Shown here: positions 41,229 to 50,379 of the stretch, in pieces
How the letters are laid out: each line of letters starts with the position of its first letter
Numbering within the stretch: position 1 is the stretch's first letter
Origin: a virus
Lineage: Duplodnaviria > Caudoviricetes
Strand: one strand, 5' to 3'
Length of the DNA stretch: 63,624 bases
Virus record (IMG/VR): IMGVR_UViG_3300046167_000634
Span: 1 to 63,624 of that record
Translations under genes and position numbers: made by a program
Notes under the pieces: generated by a model
The model's input: only the letters and a program-made list of their open reading frames with translations
The model's database searches: none
Told to the model about the DNA's origin: nothing

Positions 41229-41454
41229 CGCATTTGAAGTAACACCAAGCGATACTGAAGATTTTGCGGGAATAAGCGTACTATATGTGGGCGTGGGCGG
41301 TCACGTAAAAGTTGAAACGCGCGCTGGAAATGATATTACGTTTTACAATATGAATAACGGGCAATTTGTACCGGTTCAAGTACGCAAGGTATATGATACA
41401 GGCACAACAGCAACTAACTTAGTTCGCATGCCCATAAACACGTATTCAAGATAA
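41200..41454 (+). CDS. Head spike base protein (RcGTA Rcc01079-like)
   Basis: AFEVTPSD...LYVGVGGHVKV...ITF...GQFVPVQVRKVYDTGTTAT. Confidence 0.75.
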   Translation: MSQALIQATNAFEVTPSDTEDFAGISVLYVGVGGHVKVETRAGNDITFYNMNNGQFVPVQVRKVYDTGTTATNLVRMPINTYSR

Positions 41455-41455
41455 G

Positions 41456-41671
41456 ATGGCAATCCATAATACAAATACACTTACTATAGATATTAATGAT
41501 CTATATGATCACGGTAGTGTTAATTCTCTTGAAATGATTACGGAGCTTGGCACTGCTGATCCACCAATTGAAATTATAGCAGAAGAAGGCTCATGGCCTC
41601 CTGGTGACCGTTACCCTACAATGATTACAGAAGGTTATAATGATGCATTGCATTACACTAATAGAACATAA
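41456..41671 (+). CDS. Hypothetical protein
   Basis: 71 aa between spike base and fibre genes. Confidence 0.5.
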   Translation: MAIHNTNTLTIDINDLYDHGSVNSLEMITELGTADPPIEIIAEEGSWPPGDRYPTMITEGYNDALHYTNRT

Positions 41672-41674
41672 AAG

Positions 41675-44600
41675 ATGGCAATAAAGTTTTCACAGTTTAA
41701 TTTACGAACAGAATCTACACCAACAATGTATTTAGTTGGGTACGATGGAAATCAGAATATACATATTACAGTTGATAATTTAATAAGTGATATTATAGAC
41801 GGTACTGAAAATACTATTGCAATGTTTGGGCCTGGCGGCAATAAAGTTATTGACTCTATGCTATCTCAAAATGCAGGAGCGACTTTATTAACAGTAGGCG
41901 GCCAATTAAATGTTGACGGTGCTGCCACTTTTGACACGAGTATTACAGTTACCGGAGATAGTACATTAAATGGAAATGTTACATTAGGCAATGCTAGCGA
42001 TGATTTAATAACGCAAACAGGCACATTATATTTACAAGGAATTGTACAGGACACAAACCAAACATCCGGCGCAGAAGATCAAATTTTAGTATCAGATGCT
42101 GGAGGCTTATTAAACTTCCAAGATTTAAGTGCAACACACGTAGAAAGCGCGGAAGTTATTAAAGTACCTGTTAAAAACCTGCAGGGCTCCGGACTTACAA
42201 AGGGCGATCCGGTATATATATCGGGGTCTGTAGGCGAATCAGGTAAGCTTGAAGTAAAACTTGCTGATGCAAGTAATTCAGCTAAAATGCCAGCGGTAGG
42301 GCTTCTTTTTCAAGACTTAGGAATTAATGGCGAAGGCTATGTTGTTATTACAGGTAAGCTTAGAAATTTAACAACCGATCCAATTGATGGCCTAACACCC
42401 TTAGCAAACGATGTTATCTATGTAAAGCCCGGTGGAGTAACAGGCGACGCGCTTACATTAACAAAACCAACAGGAAGTAACCTTATTCAAAATATGGGTA
42501 AGGTTGGTAGAGTTAGCTCCGCTAATAGTGGTAATTTTGTAGTATCATCTATACTTAGAACAAATGATATACCAAACTTAACACCTGGAAAAATATGGGT
42601 TGGATCAACGGGTAATACTATTGAATCTAGTTCTATAACATTTACAGAAGCTACAGGGGCGGTTCAACTAAATGAATATGGTGTAGGTACACATACAGGC
42701 ACAGTTGCAAAAAACCTAGCGGTTGACGCAAGCGGTAATGTAATTGAAACCAGCGGAAATATTATTGATAGCTCAGGAACGGCTAATTATTTACCGCGCT
42801 GGACAGACACTGACACTTTAGGCGACTCTGGTTTTTATCAAGCAAATTTACCTGGTGTCCCCCTAGATAGAGCTATTGGTTTAAACACAACTAAACTTGA
42901 TAGTGTTTTTGGTGAAAGGCCAGATCTGAGAATTGCTTCAAGAGAAATAAATGACCCAGGTGTATTGGATTTGTTTAGACCAGATGGGGACGTACTAGCC
43001 GGTGACAGGGTTGGTGTATTGCAGTATAGCTTAGATGATGACAATCAGTATACCGTAGCACAAATAGAAGTAAAAACAATTGGTGATTCTGGTAGTTACA
43101 ACGGAGGTGGCGGAAAGCTTTACTTTAAAACATCTACAAATGTTACAAGTGCTAACCCAACAGAAAGACTTTCTATAAGTAATACTGAGGCAGATTTTTC
43201 AGTACCTATAAATGTAACAAGCACAAGCCAATCAAGTTTCGCAGGCCAAATAGAAGCCAACTCGTTAGTTGTTAACGACACAGCTTTAATAAGCGATAAA
43301 TTAACAATGGAAGATGATATTGATATGACCAATAATGGTAATATTAAAAATCTTGTAGATCCTGTTGACGCTCAAGATGCAGCTACAAAAAATTATGTAG
43401 ACTCTCAGCCTGGCAGTGGAACAGTAACAGGATCTGGCACCCCAAGAACTTTGACCATGTGGGACACGAATGGGACCGGCATAGAAGATTCTATTGTTTC
43501 TGAATTAGCGAATCGGGTATACGTAGCTGGAAACTTACTAGTAGGGACCAATAATGTCATACCTGGCACTAATGCTTTAACTTCAGGTGATAACAACAAT
43601 GTTTTAGGTAATAGCTCTGTTGCTTTTGGTTCTAATAATGAAGTATCAGGAAATCGTTGTGGTGGATTAGGAGCAAATAACATTGTAGCTGGTGGTCAAG
43701 TTTGGGCAACAGGTGATGGAAATAACGTAGGTATTGACAAGTTAAATGTAGGAGGAAATATTGTAACCTCTGGTTTTAACAACACTGTTAAATCAGGTGG
43801 TTCTTGTGTAGTAGGAACTTCAAATATTTTAACTAACACTACAGAATCTAGCGAAATAAATACAAATTTCGCCCTGGGTTCTTCAAACACTTTAAACGAC
43901 GTAGGTGACGGAATAGTCCTTGGTTTTAACAATACTATAAATAATAATGACAGCTGCGTCTTAGGTAAAAGTAATACTACAAGCGCCATTGATACTTATG
44001 CTATAGGTAAAAGTAACACACTTAGCAGTGAAGATGATTACGCATTCGGGCTTAATAACACAATTAGTGGCAACGCGATAATTGCCATGGCACTTGGGCA
44101 TAATAACGTGTTATCAGGAAGTCAATCTTATGCTTTCGGTAGAAACCTTGAAGACGGCGGTGAAGATAACACCGTTATAATTGGACGTTATAATGCAACG
44201 CCAACCGCAACAGGTAGAATTGTATTTGGAACTGGGTTTTCTCCTACTGGTAGAAAAAACGCAATAGAAATACAGAATGGCACTAGTTCGCAATCTGGGT
44301 TATTATTCCCAGCACTTAGGTTATCTCATTCATACAATAGCGATTCAGATGCTGCAGCAGCTGGTGTAGAAAGAGGAGAGCTTTATAGGTCTAACAATCA
44401 AGTTAGAATAAACCTAGATCAAGCAGAACAAAATGCAAAAAACAATGAAGGGCTTGCATATTTAACGCCACTATTAAAAACAGCTAGCGCTGGCGCTTCT
44501 TCCAGTATTAGCGCAAACTATAATTTAGTTTTAATTAGTTGGTCAGGCGGCAATGGCGTGTATACGTTGAAACTTCCCTCGGCATCTGCCACTACGAATA

Positions 44601-44785
44601 GACTTATAAGAATTACAACAGACGGAACGCTTAGCTCTGGAGCTGGCGATAAAATAAATATTACAGCTGACGGTGGAGGAACTATAGATGGCGCTGCTTC
44701 TTTTCAAATATCAAAATCATACGAAGGTATTGCCGTTTACTCAACAGGATCTGAATGGATTGTAATACAAGCAAAAGCACATTAG
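41675..44785 (+). CDS. Head/tail fibre protein with YadA-head-like beta-roll repeats
   Basis: MAIKFSQF start; GDPVYISG..AD..MPAVGL; DAQDAATKNYVD; 14-aa repeats such as SVAFGSNN, YAIGKSN, YAFGLNN. Confidence 0.8.
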   Translation: MAIKFSQFNLRTESTPTMYLVGYDGNQNIHITVDNLISDIIDGTENTIAMFGPGGNKVIDSMLSQNAGATLLTVGGQLNVDGAATFDTSITVTGDSTLNGNVTLGNASDDLITQTGTLYLQGIVQDTNQTSGAEDQILVSDAGGLLNFQDLSATHVESAEVIKVPVKNLQGSGLTKGDPVYISGSVGESGKLEVKLADASNSAKMPAVGLLFQDLGINGEGYVVITGKLRNLTTDPIDGLTPLANDVIYVKPGGVTGDALTLTKPTGSNLIQNMGKVGRVSSANSGNFVVSSILRTNDIPNLTPGKIWVGSTGNTIESSSITFTEATGAVQLNEYGVGTHTGTVAKNLAVDASGNVIETSGNIIDSSGTANYLPRWTDTDTLGDSGFYQANLPGVPLDRAIGLNTTKLDSVFGERPDLRIASREINDPGVLDLFRPDGDVLAGDRVGVLQYSLDDDNQYTVAQIEVKTIGDSGSYNGGGGKLYFKTSTNVTSANPTERLSISNTEADFSVPINVTSTSQSSFAGQIEANSLVVNDTALISDKLTMEDDIDMTNNGNIKNLVDPVDAQDAATKNYVDSQPGSGTVTGSGTPRTLTMWDTNGTGIEDSIVSELANRVYVAGNLLVGTNNVIPGTNALTSGDNNNVLGNSSVAFGSNNEVSGNRCGGLGANNIVAGGQVWATGDGNNVGIDKLNVGGNIVTSGFNNTVKSGGSCVVGTSNILTNTTESSEINTNFALGSSNTLNDVGDGIVLGFNNTINNNDSCVLGKSNTTSAIDTYAIGKSNTLSSEDDYAFGLNNTISGNAIIAMALGHNNVLSGSQSYAFGRNLEDGGEDNTVIIGRYNATPTATGRIVFGTGFSPTGRKNAIEIQNGTSSQSGLLFPALRLSHSYNSDSDAAAAGVERGELYRSNNQVRINLDQAEQNAKNNEGLAYLTPLLKTASAGASSSISANYNLVLISWSGGNGVYTLKLPSASATTNRLIRITTDGTLSSGAGDKINITADGGGTIDGAASFQISKSYEGIAVYSTGSEWIVIQAKAH

Positions 44786-44795
44786 TAAAAAACAA

Positions 44796-44842
44796 TAAAA
44801 ACCAGTAATATATATCGTATACCCTGCCCGGGTTAGGGCAAC
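44796..44842 (+). promoter_or_regulatory. Putative promoter followed by a small hairpin
   Basis: TAAAAACCAGTAATATATATCGTATA then TGCCC-GGGTTA-GGGCA. Confidence 0.45.
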
Positions 44843-44871
44843 CAATTAATAACATAAAAACCAAAACCAAA

Positions 44872-45153
44872 ATGACTTATTTTTATCACCAAACGTGGAC
44901 ATCACAAAATGATGGAAGCGTATCCGATGAAACCAGAAAACTTTGGGAGCACGTCTCCGATAAAGCTAACTGGCGAATAGTACAACTGCCAAATGGATAT
45001 TACCAGGCCGAATATAACAAAGACGGCAAATGGGTTGATACCACAAGGCGCGAAACCGTAAAAGGCGCAGAGGCTGCAATTGATGCTTCAATTGAACATT
45101 ACAAAAAGAAGCTGGCTTTTGCAAATGGGCCCTGTAGTTGTAAAAACGTTTGA
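44872..45153 (+). CDS. Hypothetical protein upstream of groEL; probable frameshift near the 3' end
   Basis: NWRIVQLPNGYYQAE...TRRETVKGAEAAID. Confidence 0.65.
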   Translation: MTYFYHQTWTSQNDGSVSDETRKLWEHVSDKANWRIVQLPNGYYQAEYNKDGKWVDTTRRETVKGAEAAIDASIEHYKKKLAFANGPCSCKNV

Positions 45154-45193
45154 CAAATAAACCAATCAATAATATAATTTAATTTAATCTAAT

Positions 45194-46745
45194 ATGTCTG
45201 ACGCAATCGTTAAGAACTTAAACTTTGGATCGGATGCCCGAGAAAAAGTTTATAGCGGAATAGAAAAACTCACTAAAGCCGTTAGCTCTACATTAGGGGC
45301 TAGCGGACTTAGTGTTATACTGGAAAACGATAAAGGTAATCCGGTAATTACAAAAGACGGTGTAACCGTAGCTAATAATATCTTTTTACGCGACCCTGTT
45401 GAAAATATGGGTGCTACGCTTTTAAAAGACGCAGCGCGGAAAACTGTAAAAGAAGCAGGTGATGGAACAACTACCGCAACAGTACTTGCGCATTCAATTT
45501 TAAAAAGTGCTTATAAAGCATTAGAAACTGATAGCTCTAGAACTTTAAAAGAAGGTATAGCTACAGGGTGTTGAAAAAGTTGTATCGTATTTAGAAAAAG
45601 TTGCAATACCGGTTAACGGTGATATGATTGATCAAGTTGCAACCATATCTGCTAACAATGATAAAGAGCTTGGTAAGCTTATAAGTGATGCATTCAAGTC
45701 TGTGGGCAACACAGGCGTTGTTATAATGCAAGAAACAGATCAACCTGAAACAAGTATAGAGGTTGTAGATGGAGTGCAATACGAGCAGCCATTGAAGTCC
45801 AACCACTTTATAACAAATCAAAATACAGGCGCTGCAGAACTTGAAAACCCATATGTGCTTATTTCGGAATCAACTATACCGAATATTCGTAGGGTTCAAG
45901 CAGTACTGGAGCATGTTATAAAGCATAACAAGTCGCTTCTAATTATTGCAAACGTTGAGCCGCAAGTATTGAATACACTTGCAATGAATAAAATGAAAGG
46001 TAACATAAAAGTAAATGTTATTGATCTTCCAACATATGGTATTACAAAAAAAGAAGTAATGGAAGACCTTTCAATGCTTACAGGCGCTAAGATTATAAAT
46101 GAAGATCTTGGCGATGATATGGACCTAATAGATATTGAGATGCTAGGCACATGCGTAAAAGCCGTAACAAACAACGAAGAAACTGTTTTACAAATAGAAG
46201 GTAGAACAGAAGAAGTTGAAGAAAAAATTAAATCAATACAAGAAGAGTTAGAAAAGCCAATGATGCCAGGTTATATTACAAGGTATGAAAAAAGGCTTGG
46301 AAGACTTTCTGCAAAAGTAGCCGTTGTAAAAGTCGGTGCTAATTCAGAAGTTGAATTAAAAGAAAAGCGCGACCGAGTTGAGGACGCGATATGTGCTACC
46401 AAAGCCGCGATAAAAGAAGGTATAGTACCAGGCGGTGGAATAGCCCTTTTAAATGCCGCGCAAAAAACTAAAGCAAGCGGCAAAGGTGAAGAGGTTCTTT
46501 TAGAATCAATTAAAGCGCCTTTTTATACAATACTGAATAATGCAGGTATTGAAGAATTTGAAGAGCCTAATATCAAAGGCAAAGGGCTGAATGTTGTTAC
46601 AGGGAGTATGGTGAATATGATAAAATCTGGTATCATAGATCCATTGCTTGTTACTAAAAGTGCTCTTCGGAACGCGGCTTCAGTAGCTACAACAATAATA
46701 TCAACAGATTGTGTAATTAATAATGTTAGAGTTGAACAGTTATGA
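45194..46745 (+). CDS. groEL: Chaperonin GroEL; +1 frameshift near 45567
   Basis: ITKDGVTVA, AGDGTTTATVLA, ATISANND, KVGANSEVELKEKRDRVEDA, EGIVPGGG, GIIDPLLVTKSAL. Confidence 0.95.
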
Positions 46746-47002
46746 AAGCAATAGGATATTATTTAATTATAGAAAAAGAAAAACAAGGTACACAAAAAAC
46801 CGAAGGCGGTTTATTGTTAGCCGAAAATGCCCGTGAAGATATAAGATACGCTAAGGGTTGCGTAATATCAGCGGGCAATGATATTGTAGGGATAAATAAC
46901 GGTGATAATATATATTACGATAAACACGCTGGTTACCCTATTGAGTTAGATAACAAAGTTTACCACGTTATCAAAGCGCAAGATGTAGTTATTATATTAT
47001 GA
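46742..47002 (+). CDS. groES: Co-chaperonin GroES
   Basis: KTEGGLLL mobile loop, G.VISAG, GDNIYYDKHAG; adjacent to groEL. Confidence 0.88.
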   Translation: MKAIGYYLIIEKEKQGTQKTEGGLLLAENAREDIRYAKGCVISAGNDIVGINNGDNIYYDKHAGYPIELDNKVYHVIKAQDVVIIL

Positions 47003-47436
47003 AAATAAAAGCTTCTGATCTGCGCGATTCAAAAGTATTGAAGCATTATCGTATAGTACGCCGTTGGGCTTGCAGAAATTACGGTATTAAAGATGCGGAT
47101 TTGGAGCTTTTAATATTTTTAGATTGTCAAGGTTTTTTTAGCAAAACTAATTTTAAAGAAGACACTTATGCATACAGCTGGGATAATAATCGCTTTTCAA
47201 GATTATTAAAAGAAGGTTGGATAGTAGTATGGCGTCACGGCAATAAAAAATTAAGACAAGGAAGTTTGTACAAAGTATCATTAAAAACGACACAGTTATT
47301 AACGCGTATGTATAGAATACTTGCAGGCGAAGAAAATATACCAACAGGTGCCACGCAAAATGTAATTAGAAGCAAAGCGTATGCTGATAGAATGCTTCAG
47401 GTAGCAATTAAAAAAATAAATAACGATAAAAAATAA
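46999..47436 (+). CDS. Hypothetical protein, possible winged helix
   Basis: DLELLIFL...FSRLLKEGWIVVWR...YKVSLK. Confidence 0.6.
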   Translation: MKIKASDLRDSKVLKHYRIVRRWACRNYGIKDADLELLIFLDCQGFFSKTNFKEDTYAYSWDNNRFSRLLKEGWIVVWRHGNKKLRQGSLYKVSLKTTQLLTRMYRILAGEENIPTGATQNVIRSKAYADRMLQVAIKKINNDKK

Positions 47437-47465
47437 TAATATGTCTTATAGCAAGTCACCTTTAA

Positions 47466-47915
47466 ATTTTAATTTCAGCTGCTGGTAGAGAATCACAAAG
47501 AATACAAAAACAGGATGTTTATACTGTTAATCAATCCCCACTTACTGAGCCTACAAAACATTATCCCGTATATACTTACGAAAATAATATTATACAAGTA
47601 TACCCCAATTCAGGCAGCGGTAGCATAGGAGTAGGGCCAGGGCCTGTGAGCCCAGGGCCGGGTGATCCTTTTAATTTTCAAATTAATTATTTAGCATTTC
47701 CAGAAGATCCAATCTGGGGATTTGATATTGAGCCTAATTTAGGTAATTATATTTATAATGCAGTAAAGTCAACAGATTTTGAAATTCATCAGTCTGATCA
47801 ACCTTTATTAATAGATAAGATATTAGGGTATGCAGGTGTAATGACTAAAGATCAACTAGCATTGTCTTTAGCCGCGCAAAAAGAACAACAAATAACGGTG
47901 GATAACCAAAAATAA
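47466..47915 (+). pseudogene. C-terminal half of a type-A tail ring protein (5'-truncated at a junction)
   Basis: The frame opens after a stop at 47463 with no credible start: ...SPLTEPTKHYPVYTYENN...YNAVKSTDFEIH..LIDKILGYAGVMTKD. It matches the C-halves of 10959 and 48505. Confidence 0.7.
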
Positions 47916-47921
47916 TAAAAA

Positions 47922-48494
47922 ATGGCAAATTTAAGCGATGCGTTTATATCAATTAATGATATTGTAAACAACTTTTTAATATCATACACTGGCCCCGGCA
48001 AAATAATTCCAGATAGCAAAAGAACTGAAGTTGTATTTCATGCTAGAAGATGCTTACAAGAGTTTGCTTATGAAACTTTAAAAAGCCAAATGTCAGATAC
48101 GAGCACTGTGCCAAGTAACCCTGCCACATATAGTTTTCCAAGCGATTTAGTTGCTATAATAAAAGTTATAATAAATAACGCTGAAGCAACAGAATCTGCA
48201 AATGCAAACCCAAATGCAGGGGAATATTATCCTGACTATACAGCTAAAACAGTATTATTCAATATAGCTGATGCAAACGAAGTCCTGCAATTTGATTATT
48301 TATCAAACGCACTTACTACAGACGAAACCGCAGCAATTCCAAAACTAGCTGAAGAAGCAATGTATGCATGTATGATTTATGCTATTCTTGCTAATAGAGA
48401 AAACACCAGACCTGATGTGCTACAAAGATTACTTATAGAAAAAACAGATAAGCTGGAAAAAGCTAAATCAAGATTAGTATTTACTAATTTTTAA
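47922..48494 (+). CDS. Tail ring protein, type B (short paralog), module 2
   Basis: DIVNNFLISYTG..KRTEVVFHARRCLQEFAYETLKS; IPKLAEEAMY. Confidence 0.75.
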   Translation: MANLSDAFISINDIVNNFLISYTGPGKIIPDSKRTEVVFHARRCLQEFAYETLKSQMSDTSTVPSNPATYSFPSDLVAIIKVIINNAEATESANANPNAGEYYPDYTAKTVLFNIADANEVLQFDYLSNALTTDETAAIPKLAEEAMYACMIYAILANRENTRPDVLQRLLIEKTDKLEKAKSRLVFTNF

Positions 48495-48504
48495 AAAATA
48501 AACA

Positions 48505-49461
48505 ATGTCAATAAACGTAGATACCGTATACAGAACTGTCTTGTTGGTAATGAACAAGGAGCAGCGCGGCTACTTGACACCTGAAGAATTTAATAAAATA
48601 GGTGAACAGGCGCAGTTTGAAATATTTAATTCATATTTTGAAGAATTAAATCAGCAGCTACGCACGCCTGAAAATGACAGCGAATACGCTAACAGAGTAA
48701 GAAGTTTAGAAGAAAAACTTGAATACTTTAAGCAAACACCTACAGCTCTAACATTTTTTGCAGACAGCGGCGCCTCTTCACAATATTTTGCTCCACCCGA
48801 AAGTTCTACAATTGTTAATAGCGAAAGCATAACCACAACTTCTGCTCAAGTTTATAATTTAACAATCCCTCCTCAAACCGTTAAAGACGGTACTTTAAAT
48901 GTATTTTTAAACGGCGCTGAAATATCCTCCCCGGCTGATTATATTATATCTACAGACGGAACAAGTATACAGTTAACAAGTATCCCCGTGGGCGGTGGCT
49001 CTTTAACTATAAATGTATATGAAAATAATTTTTATAAATTAGGTACAGTTATATATAATAATCCAACTCCCTCAGAAAACGTAATACAAATAGAAGAAGT
49101 TGATAGGGTTAAATTACTAAAGTTAAATAATTCAAGTTACAGCAAGCCTGATAAAAATACACCAGTATATGTGTATGAAAATAATAAATTATTTATCCGG
49201 CCTACAAGTATTGTTTCTAATGTGATCGCAAGCTTTATTAGAAAACCTATTGCACCCAAATGGGATTTTACTGTAGATACTGCCACACAAGCATATGTGT
49301 ATAATTATAATACTAGTGTAAATTTTGAATTAGATGCAATTGAACAAACATCTCTTGTTATAAGAATACTACTCTACGCGGGTGTTGTTGTTAAAGACCC
49401 TCAAGTAGTACAGGTTGCAGCAAGTCAAATACAACAAGAACAAGCAAACGAAAAAAGTTAA
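48505..49461 (+). CDS. Tail ring protein, type A, module 2, with an internal beta-domain insertion
   Basis: MSINVDTVYRTVLLVMNKEQRGYLTPEEFN; insertion LNVFLNG...DYIIS. Confidence 0.78.
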   Translation: MSINVDTVYRTVLLVMNKEQRGYLTPEEFNKIGEQAQFEIFNSYFEELNQQLRTPENDSEYANRVRSLEEKLEYFKQTPTALTFFADSGASSQYFAPPESSTIVNSESITTTSAQVYNLTIPPQTVKDGTLNVFLNGAEISSPADYIISTDGTSIQLTSIPVGGGSLTINVYENNFYKLGTVIYNNPTPSENVIQIEEVDRVKLLKLNNSSYSKPDKNTPVYVYENNKLFIRPTSIVSNVIASFIRKPIAPKWDFTVDTATQAYVYNYNTSVNFELDAIEQTSLVIRILLYAGVVVKDPQVVQVAASQIQQEQANEKS

Positions 49462-49464
49462 TAG

Positions 49465-50379
49465 ATGGCTATACCGAATGGTGGGTTAATAACCCAAACT
49501 AACGAACAATATTACGACGGAAACGATTACGGCAGCTATAAGTACACATCGATGAATGATGTTATTAATAACTTTTTAATTAGCTACGTGGGTGATGATA
49601 AAATATTTCCCGCTGTTAAAAGAACAGATGTAGTATTCCATGCAAAGCGCGCAATGCAGGAGTTCAGCTATGATACTTTAAAAAGTATAAAATCGCAGGA
49701 GCTTACTGTGCCTAATAATTTAACCTTAGCCATACCTCAGGATTACGTGAATTACGTAAAGCTTTCTTGGGTTGATAGTTTAGGGGTAAAACACATTATA
49801 CAACCAACTAGACTTACTAGTAATCCAAGCGAAATACCTTTGCAAGACGGCGATGGTATACCTACGCAAGATAACACTGGGGAAAACATAACAGGAACTT
49901 CAATTACAGAAGAGCGCTGGTCAGAGGCCGATACAAAGAAAATAACAGGTGTTTATGATCCTTTCTTTGAAGATGCTAATACTTACATAGCCCCTGATTA
50001 TAAAACCACATACGGGCAGCGATTTGGCCTTACGCCTGAATCCACCCAAATCAATGGTTGGTTTACAATAGATGATAGCGAGGGCAAATTTTCTTTTTCA
50101 AGCAATCTAGTAGATAAAGTTATTATACTTGAATATATATCAGATGGCCTTGCATATACAGAAGACACAAAAATACCTAAGCTAGCAGAAGAAGCTTTTT
50201 ATGCATATATAGCTTATGCAATTGCAGCGGTGCGCCCAACTATTCCAGAATACATAATTAACCGGTTTAAAAAAGAAAAGCGCGCAAAACTTAGAAATGC
50301 TAAGCTTAGAATATCTAATATTAAAATAGAAGAAATTACACAGGTATTTAGAAATAAATCTAAAATAATTAAACACTAA
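49465..50379 (+). CDS. Tail ring protein, type B, module 2
   Basis: KRTDVVFHAKRAMQEFSYDTLKS; PQDYVNYVKLSW; LRNAKLRISN; KSKIIKH. Confidence 0.78.
   Translation: MAIPNGGLITQTNEQYYDGNDYGSYKYTSMNDVINNFLISYVGDDKIFPAVKRTDVVFHAKRAMQEFSYDTLKSIKSQELTVPNNLTLAIPQDYVNYVKLSWVDSLGVKHIIQPTRLTSNPSEIPLQDGDGIPTQDNTGENITGTSITEERWSEADTKKITGVYDPFFEDANTYIAPDYKTTYGQRFGLTPESTQINGWFTIDDSEGKFSFSSNLVDKVIILEYISDGLAYTEDTKIPKLAEEAFYAYIAYAIAAVRPTIPEYIINRFKKEKRAKLRNAKLRISNIKIEEITQVFRNKSKIIKH

Noticed and set aside
47625-47665. GGGCCAGGGCC/CCCAGGGCC repeats (also CCCAGG x3 at ~39747)
   Set aside because: Explained by Gly-Pro linker coding.
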